34,273 bases of DNA from a virus. Lineage: Duplodnaviria > Caudoviricetes. Shown here piece after piece: positions 17,424-27,543 of the stretch (the stretch's first letter is position 1; each line of letters starts with the position of its first letter). Location of the stretch: positions 1 to 34,273 of IMG/VR virus record IMGVR_UViG_3300036546_000386, one strand, 5' to 3'. The notes beneath the pieces were generated by a model that made no database searches, was not told where the DNA came from, and was given only the letters and a program-made list of their open reading frames with translations. Both the position numbers and the translations under genes were made by a program.

Positions 17424-18412
17424 TAAACTGCGATAAATTTACCTTTTGGAGTAGCTGCTGGTCTTGAGTTATAAACAAGTGGTCTACACTCTGATCTAAC
17501 TTCCCAACCTCTACCTTTAGGTAACTCTTCAACTGCACCAAAATATAGTTTTGGTTTTTGTCCAGCAGCTTTTGTATCATTGGCTCTTGAGAATTTTAGT
17601 TTGAAGATATTTGAATCTTCAGGTAAGAAAACTGCTTCATCTGAAGGAATAAACTCTTTTTCTTCTCCATCTGCATTTTGATAAGTAGCAATATATTCTG
17701 TAAACATCATTCCATGAATTACTAAAATGTTCTCACCATCTTTTTCAATCTCTTTTGCTTGATTAGATTTAAATAGATCTTCTGCTTTTGCTAATGCAAA
17801 AATTCCATCCATAAAATCTGGTCCAGCTAAACTTGAGACTTTTAACTTTTGAACACCTAACTCTTTTTTGATGTGTCTAAGAATTTCTGTAATAGACTCT
17901 TTTAAAGGTTTACCTGTTTTGAACTCAACAGATAGTCCGTTGTAGTTTAATTCAAATAGAATTTTCCCTTTACCATCCATTACTTTGTTAAATAAAGCAC
18001 CAGCTGTTTGAAATTCTAGTGATGTATCAAAAGACTCTTTGTGTTCTCTTTGAACCTCACCAATCTCTTCTGCTAAACCTAATGGTTTATCTTCTGCATT
18101 AAAAGATTCGATATTATCTAGCTTTTCAGGAGTAATAGGATTTGCTAAAGCATATCTTGCAGTTTTTGCTTCAAATTCAAGAATATCTCCTCTCTCGTGA
18201 ATTAAATGTTCTGCTTCAGGAGAAATTGACTCTAAAATCACACCAGCACCTGTTTTGATTTTAACTGTGAAGTTTGCTCCAATTTGACCTTTTCTATCTT
18301 TTACATATTTATCAAATAAAACAGTTTGAATAGGTTTTTGATGAAGTAACTTTTCAGTTACATTATTTGGAGTCCATTTGCTTTTTAATAATTGATTTAC
18401 TGTTTGTAACAT
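17423..18412 (-). CDS. major capsid protein (phage cap E-like)
   Basis: 329 aa, follows protease and decoration gene, C-terminal SECRPLVY..RP. Confidence 0.85.
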   Translation of the reverse strand: MLQTVNQLLKSKWTPNNVTEKLLHQKPIQTVLFDKYVKDRKGQIGANFTVKIKTGAGVILESISPEAEHLIHERGDILEFEAKTARYALANPITPEKLDNIESFNAEDKPLGLAEEIGEVQREHKESFDTSLEFQTAGALFNKVMDGKGKILFELNYNGLSVEFKTGKPLKESITEILRHIKKELGVQKLKVSSLAGPDFMDGIFALAKAEDLFKSNQAKEIEKDGENILVIHGMMFTEYIATYQNADGEEKEFIPSDEAVFLPEDSNIFKLKFSRANDTKAAGQKPKLYFGAVEELPKGRGWEVRSECRPLVYNSRPAATPKGKFIAV

Positions 18413-18422
18413 ATCTTATTCC

Positions 18423-18869
18423 TTACTTTAAAATGATTTTGTTTTTAAATAATGATGTTCTCATTGAAGCATCATAATTTGATAAATATTTTTCTCTTAC
18501 AGTTCCTGTAATAACAACTGATACTTTTGATGTTTCTGTAATGTTTTCTCCTAATATTCCATTTGCATCAAACTCACCTAAATCTTGCCATTTAGGGTCA
18601 TCAGTAATTGGTTCATTTTCATTTGCATCTTCTAATGATTTCCATGAGTGTCCATTATGAAACACTTCATCATCAGTTAAGTGTTCTCCAGCAACCCATA
18701 AAGGTCTCTCTTGAGAAGTCCAATTTACTCCACCATCAGTAGAAGTTAATGGAGTACCAAAAACTAATCCATTACTACCTTCTGGTACAGCAACTGTTCC
18801 TGAAACAACTTGGTCTTTTTTGATGATTACTTCATCAATAGTATTTGGTCTTTTTGTAATAAGATTCAT
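18423..18869 (-). CDS. head decoration protein with CBM5/12-like insertion
   Basis: position between protease and capsid; GIL.E...V...G.V and L....I.LK motifs. Confidence 0.7.
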   Translation of the reverse strand: MNLITKRPNTIDEVIIKKDQVVSGTVAVPEGSNGLVFGTPLTSTDGGVNWTSQERPLWVAGEHLTDDEVFHNGHSWKSLEDANENEPITDDPKWQDLGEFDANGILGENITETSKVSVVITGTVREKYLSNYDASMRTSLFKNKIILK

Positions 18870-18878
18870 CTTTTATCC

Positions 18879-19688
18879 TTATGCTTTTAACTCTGCATCT
18901 GTTAATGCAGTATCATTTTTCTTTTGTCCACCATCTTTATCATTTGCATATAAATTATCTTCAGGCTTAGCTGAGATAACTTTTGCTTTAGCTAGTAAGT
19001 TAGTTAATCCTTCAGGATTTACTTTTCCAAAAGCCAATAAACTCTCTTTTTGGTCAGGATGGATTTTTTTAGCAGCAATTGCACCATCAATTTCATCTTC
19101 TACTCTTTTCACTTCTGCAGCTGCTTTTTCATCTTTTAAATCTTGATTCTCTTTTTGAAGAGCTTCAAATTCTTCTTTTGTAAACATACTTTCTTCTCCT
19201 TCTTGTTTAGTTTGTTTTTTGTTGGCAAAAACTTCTCCTAACTCTTCGAAAAAAGGTCGGTTGGTTAATGCCACGGAGTGTAAACTCCAGCCTAAATTAT
19301 CCCCTGTAACTTGGTCTATGGTTTGAGGGTCTAATACAGGTGAGTGATATTTGTATTCTTCCCCTTTTATAAGTTCTAATGCATCAGGAAGCCATTGAAC
19401 TTTTGCCCAAAGTTCTTTATCTTTGAAAAAAAGTTCTTTTATCCAACCTGAAGCTGGGGCTTTTTCTTCATATAAAGAGGCGTGTTCATAATCACAAACA
19501 ACTTCTATATCCATCTTTTCAAAGTTGGCTTTGATTTGTTCTAGGTCTTGAAATGTTAATTCAAATGGTCCTTTTATATGACCTTTCCACTTCCCTACAA
19601 CTGCGATTTTTAAATCATATAATTTATTATCATCTTGAGCTTTACTCAAAGCAAATAAGTAATTACACGCAATAAGTGATTTTTTCAT
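18879..19688 (-). CDS. Mu gpI-like prohead protease/scaffold
   Basis: DYEH, APASGWI, EYKYHSP, SVALTNRP. Confidence 0.92.
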   Translation of the reverse strand: MKKSLIACNYLFALSKAQDDNKLYDLKIAVVGKWKGHIKGPFELTFQDLEQIKANFEKMDIEVVCDYEHASLYEEKAPASGWIKELFFKDKELWAKVQWLPDALELIKGEEYKYHSPVLDPQTIDQVTGDNLGWSLHSVALTNRPFFEELGEVFANKKQTKQEGEESMFTKEEFEALQKENQDLKDEKAAAEVKRVEDEIDGAIAAKKIHPDQKESLLAFGKVNPEGLTNLLAKAKVISAKPEDNLYANDKDGGQKKNDTALTDAELKA

Positions 19689-19698
19689 ATATCTTCCT

Positions 19699-20118
19699 TT
19701 AGTAGTTATTTAGTGTTGCTGTAAACTCTCTTCTATAGACAGTTAGGTAGCCCTCATTTATGACAGCATCAAATATCTTCTCTGTTTTACCCATCTTAAT
19801 TGGCTCACTATTTTCAAAAGATTTTAAAGATAATCTTTTATCTATCTCATTTAGTAATGAATAGATCTCTTGATGTTTTTGTTGTCTTGTATTTTTATGT
19901 TTTGAGTATGAAATGTGAGCAATATATAAGTTGAACTTGTACTCTTTTCTTATAGGACTATCAGGTTTGTCACCAATATAATCTACATAGACTATAGGGA
20001 GGTCTTTTTGATTAAATTGAAATTTTTTAGGGTCTATTAATTCCCCATAGTATTTATCGGCTTTTATCTCATCTTTGTTTAACACTTCAATAACAGCTGT
20101 TTCAAACTCACCAATCAT
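19699..20118 (-). CDS. Mu gp37-like tail terminator/neck protein
   Basis: E.AVI..L, YYGEL, P.VYV.Y.G pattern. Confidence 0.65.
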   Translation of the reverse strand: MIGEFETAVIEVLNKDEIKADKYYGELIDPKKFQFNQKDLPIVYVDYIGDKPDSPIRKEYKFNLYIAHISYSKHKNTRQQKHQEIYSLLNEIDKRLSLKSFENSEPIKMGKTEKIFDAVINEGYLTVYRREFTATLNNY

Positions 20119-20149
20119 CTTTTACCTTACAAATATAAATTATGCTCGA

Positions 20150-20249
20150 ATTATAAGTAGATATTAGTGTGTATAGAAAGTGAAGTTTTTCACAGAAAAA
20201 GAGCCGTGAATAAGCTCGTTAGATAGCTTCTTTAGTTTTCTTTTACAAT
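20150..20249. promoter_or_regulatory. divergent late promoters for head and tail operons
   Basis: TATAAT (minus, 20150-55) and TACAAT (plus, 20244-49), each 24 nt from a GTGAA-N4-TTCAC-like box. Confidence 0.6.
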
Positions 20250-20282
20250 GCGATTACTTGAAATATTAAAGAGGATAACTAT

Positions 20283-20693
20283 ATGAAAGTCTTTAGTGGT
20301 GATGTAGTACTTAAAGATGTAAAAGGCAAAAGGTTCGCTTATCTTGTTGTTGAACCTGTAAGTTATGAAAATGACTTTTTTAAAATAGATGTAAAGGGTG
20401 GTTGGGAAACTGATGGAGCATCTGTTCCTAAGTTCTTACAAAATATCTTTGCTCCATTTGCTGATTTGACTATTGAAGCTGCCATTGTTCATGATGCTTT
20501 ATATATGGCTGAGGCACTTCCAAGAAAAAAATGTGATGAGATTTTCTTAGAAATTATGGAACTTAGTGGAGTTCCTTATTGGAAAAGAAAACTTATGTAT
20601 ATAGCTGTACGAATTGGTGGTGGAGCTGTTTGGAAAGAACATAATAAAAAGGCTGTTAATGAAGCTAAAAAGTATGTTCAAATCTTAAAATAA
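20283..20693 (+). CDS. DUF1353-family protein
   Basis: TDGASVP, AAIVHDALY, DEIFLE.M, MY.AVR.GG. Confidence 0.88.
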   Translation: MKVFSGDVVLKDVKGKRFAYLVVEPVSYENDFFKIDVKGGWETDGASVPKFLQNIFAPFADLTIEAAIVHDALYMAEALPRKKCDEIFLEIMELSGVPYWKRKLMYIAVRIGGGAVWKEHNKKAVNEAKKYVQILK

Positions 20694-20704
20694 GGAGACA
20701 AAAA

Positions 20705-21007
20705 GTGAAAAAGTTTTTATTAATGATTGTTGCTGCATTTATGATGATGGCTTGTACAGGTTGCGATAATTCAGAGGTTGAATCCTCTTGGGATAAAGCA
20801 AAAATTGCCCAAAAGGTAGTTAAAGCAGTAGGTAAAACTGCTATAGAAGAGGGTGTTGTTTCAGATGCTACTGCTGATAGATTAAGAAAAGTAAATAGTG
20901 CGGTTGAAGGTGCTGGTGGACTTGCCGAAGATGTATATAAAAGTGTGAATGTAGGAAAAAAAACAGATGCGACTACTTCTTCAAACGAAGAGAAGACGCC
21001 AGAATAA
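20705..21007 (+). CDS. lipoprotein
   Basis: signal peptide with lipobox-like MMAC/CTGC; upstream of holin. Confidence 0.75.
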   Translation: MKKFLLMIVAAFMMMACTGCDNSEVESSWDKAKIAQKVVKAVGKTAIEEGVVSDATADRLRKVNSAVEGAGGLAEDVYKSVNVGKKTDATTSSNEEKTPE

Positions 21008-21034
21008 TATTTATAAAATGTTGGTGGTAAGTTA

Positions 21035-21370
21035 ATGGAAGCGATTGGGGTCTTTATGAGTAAATATACATGGATAATTCTTTATGTAAGTGCTTTATCT
21101 ATTTTAGGTGGAGTAACTTCTTATATTAGAAAAACAAAAGATGGAACTATCACTAGATTTAGTTTTAGCGAACTTGTAGGTGATATTGTTATCTCTTTTT
21201 TTATCGGAGTAGTTACCTATCTTATTTGTAAAGGTCTCAATGTAAATGACATACTTACCGCTGGTTGTATTGGTATCTCTTCTCATATGGGTACAAGGTC
21301 TATTGTATTTTTGGAAGAGTTGATTCCTAAAATAGTATGTAAGTACTTTAATGTGGATTGTAAAAAATGA
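21035..21370 (+). CDS. holin (LydA-like, three TM segments)
   Basis: LGG..SYIRK, FS..EL.GD...S.F.G, GISSHMGTR. Confidence 0.85.
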   Translation: MEAIGVFMSKYTWIILYVSALSILGGVTSYIRKTKDGTITRFSFSELVGDIVISFFIGVVTYLICKGLNVNDILTAGCIGISSHMGTRSIVFLEELIPKIVCKYFNVDCKK

Positions 21371-22062
21371 TAACACTATCACAGCTGCTAGTTAAACTAA
21401 ATAATATCGTTCAAATTGGAACTATCCATGAGAGCAAAATATTATATGGTCAACATTTAGCTCGTGTGATTTTAGATGATGATGGAATAAATAAAAGAGT
21501 AAGTCCTTTTATTCCTGTTAAAAGTTTAGCCAACTCTTTTGGAAGAGCTTTTTTCCCAATTCGTTCGAATGAACAGGTCATAGTAATAAGTCCATTTGGA
21601 AATATAAATGGTGGATTTATTATTAGATCTATTTTTCATAAGAAGTGTCAAGTTCCAGCTGGAGCTAATGACAACACTGCGATAGTTGAGTTTGAAGATG
21701 GGACAAGATTATCTTATAACTCAGAGCAAAGTGAACTGAAAATGGATGTAAAAAAGATAGTTAATATCTTGTGTGAAGAGGTGAGTGTAAAAGCTAGTAA
21801 AAGTGCTTATTTAGAAGCACCAACAACGATGATAAAAAGTAATACAACAGTAGATGGAACTCTAACTGTTACCAAGCTTTTTACAGCTCAAGGTGGGATG
21901 AAAGTATTCCCTTCAGCTAGTGGAGCTATTGGAGCTATTTTTGAGGCTGAGATTGTATCAAATAAAGATATTACAGCTCTTAACTTAAAAGCTACAGAGA
22001 AAGTATATGACAGTCATGGCGATTTAACTGACCACACAAATAATAGTTATACAAGGGATTAG
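21367..22062 (+). CDS. baseplate spike (P2 gpV-like)
   Basis: EQV.VISPFG, VEFEDGT.LSY, C-terminal His residues. Confidence 0.88.
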   Translation: MITLSQLLVKLNNIVQIGTIHESKILYGQHLARVILDDDGINKRVSPFIPVKSLANSFGRAFFPIRSNEQVIVISPFGNINGGFIIRSIFHKKCQVPAGANDNTAIVEFEDGTRLSYNSEQSELKMDVKKIVNILCEEVSVKASKSAYLEAPTTMIKSNTTVDGTLTVTKLFTAQGGMKVFPSASGAIGAIFEAEIVSNKDITALNLKATEKVYDSHGDLTDHTNNSYTRD

Positions 22063-22410
22063 ATGAAAACAGTATCAGTAATAAGTGCAGTTGCTAGTAA
22101 AATCTTTGATAGCTCTATTGACGAGAGCTTTACTCGTATAACTACAACACCACTTACAAGTAGAACTTTGAGAAATAAGTTTGGAAGTAAGATGCATAAG
22201 CTTATTGATAAGGTTATGGATGAAGAGTGGAGATTGTTATTTAGAAAGTATTTATTTGAGTGCTTTTTTGATGACAATAATAATCCATGGGATGAAAGAC
22301 TAAATCCAAAAAGTGTGGAAATAGTAAGTGTGGATGTACCAACAGGAAGCGTTACTGCATCAATCAATTTTGAAGACTTTGATATCACAACACAAATGGG
22401 AGGGTTTTAA
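22063..22410 (+). CDS. baseplate wedge W/gp25-like
   Basis: TTPL.SR.LR..FGS, WDER. Confidence 0.85.
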   Translation: MKTVSVISAVASKIFDSSIDESFTRITTTPLTSRTLRNKFGSKMHKLIDKVMDEEWRLLFRKYLFECFFDDNNNPWDERLNPKSVEIVSVDVPTGSVTASINFEDFDITTQMGGF

Positions 22411-23504
22411 TGAGCAGCTTAAAAGAGATGATTGATAAGTTACCTGAGCTTAAAATCTTCGTAGAACAAAGTGCTGAGTCGATATTGACTGACCTAAAGC
22501 TTGAGTTTAAAGGAAGACATCCTGATGTAGAGCTAATAGAGTCAGGTTCTATTTTGATGCAGTTAGAAAATACAGCATATAGAAAAGCTTTTCATAATGT
22601 AGCTTTAAACAACAAAATTAAAGAGATGCTTCCACACTATTGTGAAGGTGATGATTTAGATAATTTTATTTTTGGGTTTTATGGTGGAGAGCAAAGACAT
22701 CTTGGAGAAGAACCAACAGCTCCTTATGAGTTTAAGCTAGAAGAGCCTTTATCAAATGATGTGATTATTCCCAAAGGTTTTATCTTAAGTGATAAGGGGA
22801 CTGTTCAAGCTTATTTGATGGCAAATGTGATTATAGCTCAAGGGGAGTTAAGTGCTGAGGGTAAGGTGAAACTTGATTTAAAAGTAAAAGAAAGTGATAT
22901 CAAGACTGAAACTCCTATTTCAACATTTCCACATGTGGTAACTGTAAAAGCTCTTTCTACTTTCAAAGGTGGAAGCTCAAGAGAGACGGACGAGGAGTTT
23001 TTTGAAAGGGCAATTTTAAGCTTAAATAAGTACTCAACAGCTGGTGGAAAAAAAGCTTATATATATTTTTGTAAGTTAGCTGATGAGAGGGTATTTGATG
23101 TAAAAGTAATATCTCCAGCTCCTTTACAAATAGACTTATATATCTTAGCCACAAATAATGAGAGTGAAGTATTAGATAGTGTAAGAGCAGTACAAGGCTC
23201 TGATAGAGTCCAAGCTTTTTGTGATGTAGTAGATGTAAAAGCTGCTATTAAAAAAGAGGTAACTCTTACTCCTACTGTTTATTTACTTGATTTATTGCAA
23301 ACAGCTAGTGTGGATAAAGAGATCCAATCAAACTTTACAAATAAGTTCAAAATAGGGGAATCTTTCCCTTACTCAAAAGCTATAAAAGCTTTAGAAGTAG
23401 CAAATGTATATGAAGTGGTTATGGATGCTGTTGATTTAAGTGTGCAGCCAAATGAGTACTTGAGTATTACAGTTACTCCAAACTATGTGGAGGCTTCTTT
23501 ATGA
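22410..23504 (+). CDS. baseplate J protein
   Basis: G.DLD, GG...ETDEE, STAG...AY. Confidence 0.92.
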   Translation: MSSLKEMIDKLPELKIFVEQSAESILTDLKLEFKGRHPDVELIESGSILMQLENTAYRKAFHNVALNNKIKEMLPHYCEGDDLDNFIFGFYGGEQRHLGEEPTAPYEFKLEEPLSNDVIIPKGFILSDKGTVQAYLMANVIIAQGELSAEGKVKLDLKVKESDIKTETPISTFPHVVTVKALSTFKGGSSRETDEEFFERAILSLNKYSTAGGKKAYIYFCKLADERVFDVKVISPAPLQIDLYILATNNESEVLDSVRAVQGSDRVQAFCDVVDVKAAIKKEVTLTPTVYLLDLLQTASVDKEIQSNFTNKFKIGESFPYSKAIKALEVANVYEVVMDAVDLSVQPNEYLSITVTPNYVEASL

Positions 23505-24124
23505 GTGATTTTAAATCTATCTTGCCACCAAATGAAGATGCAGTTCAAAGAATGATTGAAAAGTTAGGAGCAGAAACTTTTGATTTTCAAGAGCTTGAGA
23601 AAGTGACTATCAATCCTTTGGATTGTGATGCTTCACTTTTACCTCACTTAGCTTTGGATTTAGATGTAAGTATTTTGGGGCTTGATGAGATGGAAGCTAG
23701 AAAATATCTACAAAATGCAAGGGAAATCATAAGACTACATGGAACTGTATGGGCTGTAAATAGTGCTGCATCTTCAGTATTTGGAGATGAGATTGAGGTG
23801 GAACCATGGAACAAACATGATGGAGTTGCTGGTACTTATAAAATAAAAGTAAATGTAACGCCTGAGAAAAGTGTAACAGATGAAAACCTAAATAAAACAA
23901 TAAGACTAATAGATGATGCAAAGCCTGAAAGTAGACACCTATCAGGTATCACTATAAACATGAAAAATAGTGCAATGCATAAGTATGCTGCCATCATTAA
24001 AAGTCGTGAAAGTATCACCGTGAAGCCTAAGATATTAAAAGATATTGAGATGAATGTAACAAAAAAGGTCCTGATAGCTGTCCATGCTATTGAGACTTTG
24101 ATAATAAGACCAAGGGGAGTATAA
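23501..24124 (+). CDS. tail protein I (P2-like)
   Basis: SILPPN, C.A.LLP.LA, HGT..AV, AKP.SRH. Confidence 0.92.
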   Translation: MSDFKSILPPNEDAVQRMIEKLGAETFDFQELEKVTINPLDCDASLLPHLALDLDVSILGLDEMEARKYLQNAREIIRLHGTVWAVNSAASSVFGDEIEVEPWNKHDGVAGTYKIKVNVTPEKSVTDENLNKTIRLIDDAKPESRHLSGITINMKNSAMHKYAAIIKSRESITVKPKILKDIEMNVTKKVLIAVHAIETLIIRPRGV

Positions 24125-25279
24125 ATGGAATATTTTACAGTACTAACAAACATAGGAGCCCAAAAGATAGCAGCTGCAAATGCTGCTAATTCGACTATTA
24201 ATTTATCAGAAATAGCAGTTGGAGATGGTAACGGAGTAGTTCCTGTCCCTGATATCTCTCAAGAAGCTTTAGTAAATGAAAAGTTTAGAGCACCTTTAAG
24301 TGAGCTAACACAAGATGAAGTAAATAAAAACCATTTCATAGCTCGTTCACTAGTACCAGCAGATAGAGGTAACTTTTGGATAAGAGAGATAGGTATATAT
24401 GATGTTGATGGTGATTTGATAGCAGTAGGAAACTATCCTGAGACTTATAAATCAATATTAACAGATGGTGCTGCAAAAGAAGTAGACCTTATCGTTGTGT
24501 TTGAAGTTGCAAATGCAGATGTTGTTAAGTTAGAAATTGACCCAACTGTTGTGATGGCTTCTCAAGATTTTGTGAATCAAAAGGTTGCTACTAAGGCTGA
24601 TAAAACTTATGTTGATGAAGAGCTTGCTGGTATTTCTTTTATTACAGGTTTCAAAAACTTAATCATAAATGGTTGTAAAAGAGTAAATCAAAGAGGTGCA
24701 ACTGCTATTGATAAAACTGCAAGTGCTTATAACTTTGATAGATGGTATTACGATGGTACAAACTTTATTCAATATGTAGAAGACAAAAATATTGTACTTA
24801 GTGGAACTTACACTTTATCATGGTCAGGAACTGCAACTGCAACAGTAGATGGTGAAAGTGTTTCAAATGGTGGTCAATTAACTTTAACTGCAAATACTCA
24901 ATGTGAAGTTAAATTTAATAGTTCAGATTTTAACTTTGTTCAGTTGGAATATGGGAATAAAAAAACAAACTTTGAAATTAGACATATTGGGTTAGAGTTG
25001 AGTTTATGCCAAAGATATTATGAGCAATTTATCAATATGAGGATTAGAGCATATCACCCAACAGACACTGGTTCAGGGTATCACTTGACCTCTTCAAGTG
25101 GGGTTTGTGTAGAAAAAAGAGTTATGCCTACTATCACAAGAGAGACAGATAGTTATACAGGACTTTATTTATATTTTCAAAATGAAAGAATTTACAGATT
25201 AGATTTATTTTACATTGGTGGAAGTGGTGGAGATGCCACCAATACTTTTTATGTAGATGCAGAAATATATCCAGTATAA
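24125..25279 (+). CDS. tail fibre protein
   Basis: N-terminal tail-collar (LT.IG, AVGDG, FWIREIG); KNLIING..VNQRG, VQLE.G, ELSLCQRYY. Confidence 0.9.
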   Translation: MEYFTVLTNIGAQKIAAANAANSTINLSEIAVGDGNGVVPVPDISQEALVNEKFRAPLSELTQDEVNKNHFIARSLVPADRGNFWIREIGIYDVDGDLIAVGNYPETYKSILTDGAAKEVDLIVVFEVANADVVKLEIDPTVVMASQDFVNQKVATKADKTYVDEELAGISFITGFKNLIINGCKRVNQRGATAIDKTASAYNFDRWYYDGTNFIQYVEDKNIVLSGTYTLSWSGTATATVDGESVSNGGQLTLTANTQCEVKFNSSDFNFVQLEYGNKKTNFEIRHIGLELSLCQRYYEQFINMRIRAYHPTDTGSGYHLTSSSGVCVEKRVMPTITRETDSYTGLYLYFQNERIYRLDLFYIGGSGGDATNTFYVDAEIYPV

Positions 25280-25289
25280 AGGCAAAAAA

Positions 25290-25826
25290 ATGAAAGTAAT
25301 TAAAGTACAACAACAACCACAAGGCTATAAAGTAACAACAGAGGACAATAAAGAACATTCAATTCCAAATATAAAAGGAACTTTTCTTTATAAAGAAACA
25401 AAAGCTTTTCTTGCTAGTGGTGGAGTTATTGAGCCTGAGTTTACACAAGCAGAGCTTGATAAACAAGCTCAAGATAAAGCAATACAAGATGCAAAAGAAG
25501 CAAAAGCCAAAGAACTAAACGAGCTAGTAATAGCTATGAATACAGTCAATTACGATGCCAACCAAGAAGCCATAGGAAATATGGCTGCAGTTGTAGCTGT
25601 GGCAACTGCTACTTTTCAAAGAGCTATTTCTATTGGAGTTATAAAAGCTGGAGAAACTGGGGTTACTGTTATGACTCCAGCTGAGGCATATAAGTATGTT
25701 TATAAAGACCAAACAGTTACTTGGAAAGGTGCTGATAATAAACCTCATACTGTACAGCTTGAGAGTTTAGTAGAAGCTAGTCAAAAAGCAATGACTGCAA
25801 AAGCAGCGATTTTATTTAAATATTAA
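25290..25826 (+). CDS. tail fibre-associated protein (DUF4376-like)
   Basis: follows fibre; W.GADN motif. Confidence 0.6.
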   Translation: MKVIKVQQQPQGYKVTTEDNKEHSIPNIKGTFLYKETKAFLASGGVIEPEFTQAELDKQAQDKAIQDAKEAKAKELNELVIAMNTVNYDANQEAIGNMAAVVAVATATFQRAISIGVIKAGETGVTVMTPAEAYKYVYKDQTVTWKGADNKPHTVQLESLVEASQKAMTAKAAILFKY

Positions 25827-25837
25827 AAGGAGATGAA

Positions 25838-27034
25838 ATGAGTCAAAAAAGAGGAATCGTAACGGAGCGTTCAAGTTCTAGTGCTAGACCAATATCTGTA
25901 AAGTCAACTTTACCTATTGCTTTAGTATTAACATCTGATATAGAGGCTGGGATGTATTGTTTTGATAGTCCAAAAGATGCTTTGGATAGTCCTTTGATAC
26001 AAGCCCATACAAAAGGGAATTTAATCAAATACTTAAGAGTGGGATATGATAAATTTAATGTTGTGGTTCCTACTATTATATCAGTGGTAAATGTAGTTGA
26101 GGAAGTAGAAGGTGAAAAAACAGCAGAGGAAGCAGCTGCTGAAACAAAGAGCAATGTCATAATTGCAATAAATGCTTTAAAAGCAGCACCAACAACTAAA
26201 AACAAAGCTTCAACAAAAGGTCAAATAATCAAATTCAAACCTGATATTTTGGCTGTTGCTGATTATGCAATTGGAGATGATGATATTACCACTGCTTTAG
26301 TTGCTACAACTGAGGCTGTAAAAGGTAGAACATTTAAAGACCTTGATGCTGAATCAAATGGAGATGCTTTAGCTCAAAGAGCAAAATTAGGTAGTGAAAG
26401 AATAACTCTAGTTGTCACTTCACTTTCTGATTGGAATATAGATACTAATTCTGAAGAGTTTTATGATAGTGGAGTTGTTGCTGCTTGGCTTAGAGTTGAA
26501 GTTGATGGAAGCAAAAAGACAGGATATGCAGCTTCTATTTCAAATAGAGATTTACCATTTAGTGGATTAAAAAAAGAGACACAATTTATTCCGGGGATGT
26601 TAGATGCAACTGATCCTTTAACTGAGAATCAAATCATGTCTATAATCGAATATGATGGTTTGAAAACTTGGGAGTATGCTACTTGTACTATCGACCCTAT
26701 TTGGCAAGATGCAAGAAGAGTAAGAATTTTTGATTTAGCAGCTGATGCTGTGTTAAAAGGTATTTTCTTTGCAGTTGATAAAGATTTAGGTGAACTAACT
26801 ATTGCAAAAAGAAGTTTAAAAGGCTTTATGGATGGGTTAGTAGGTGATGATGTAATGCTTGGATATAACATTTATTTGGATGAAGATAGAACTACTCCTG
26901 AGAGAATTACAGCTGGAGAGTTTTATTTTGTGATTGATGCTCAAGAGATGCCAAGTCCAAGATTGATTTGTGTTAGATTTAATAGAGTTGATTATTATGC
27001 TCCAAGAGTATATGAAATCTTAGCAGCAGCGTAA
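25838..27034 (+). CDS. tail sheath protein
   Basis: SISNR, RVRIFD, TPERITAGEFY, P.P..I. Confidence 0.9.
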   Translation: MSQKRGIVTERSSSSARPISVKSTLPIALVLTSDIEAGMYCFDSPKDALDSPLIQAHTKGNLIKYLRVGYDKFNVVVPTIISVVNVVEEVEGEKTAEEAAAETKSNVIIAINALKAAPTTKNKASTKGQIIKFKPDILAVADYAIGDDDITTALVATTEAVKGRTFKDLDAESNGDALAQRAKLGSERITLVVTSLSDWNIDTNSEEFYDSGVVAAWLRVEVDGSKKTGYAASISNRDLPFSGLKKETQFIPGMLDATDPLTENQIMSIIEYDGLKTWEYATCTIDPIWQDARRVRIFDLAADAVLKGIFFAVDKDLGELTIAKRSLKGFMDGLVGDDVMLGYNIYLDEDRTTPERITAGEFYFVIDAQEMPSPRLICVRFNRVDYYAPRVYEILAAA

Positions 27035-27045
27035 AAGGAGAAATT

Positions 27046-27540
27046 ATGCCAAATAGACAAGTAGTTGTTGATAGAAATGTGTATGTGGGAGATATGAGTA
27101 CTCTAAATACTTGTGATGAGTTTACTCCACCATCAATTGAGAGAAATAAATTATCTTATAACACAGGTTCAGGTGAGGTAAGTATATCTACACCAAAATT
27201 GAAGTCTTTAGACTCAAGCTTTAAGTTTCAAGCTCTTCCTCAAGGAGTTTATGCAGAAATTGCAAAGATGGATGAGGCAGTTATTACTGTAAAAGAAGCC
27301 ATTATGGATGGAGCTGATGTCCAAAATCATGAGTGGGAACTTACAGGTGGAATTGATATCAAACATGATGCTGTAAAAGCTGGAGAGTTTTTGGGTGTAG
27401 AGCTAAGTCAAAAAGGCTTAGTAAAAGTTTTATACAAAATAGATGGAAAAGTTATGTTTGATATCAATCATACTGATGGCATCCAATCTATTGGTGGTGA
27501 TGACCAAATGGCAAAAGTAGCAAGAATATTAAGAGGATAA
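27046..27540 (+). CDS. tail tube protein
   Basis: size, position after sheath, C-terminal IGG.D....R.L. Confidence 0.88.
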   Translation: MPNRQVVVDRNVYVGDMSTLNTCDEFTPPSIERNKLSYNTGSGEVSISTPKLKSLDSSFKFQALPQGVYAEIAKMDEAVITVKEAIMDGADVQNHEWELTGGIDIKHDAVKAGEFLGVELSQKGLVKVLYKIDGKVMFDINHTDGIQSIGGDDQMAKVARILRG

Positions 27541-27543
27541 ATC

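Noticed and set aside
24125-25826. Invertible tail fibre segment or DGR variable region
   Set aside because: No invertase, reverse transcriptase, inverted second fibre end or template repeat seen in the window
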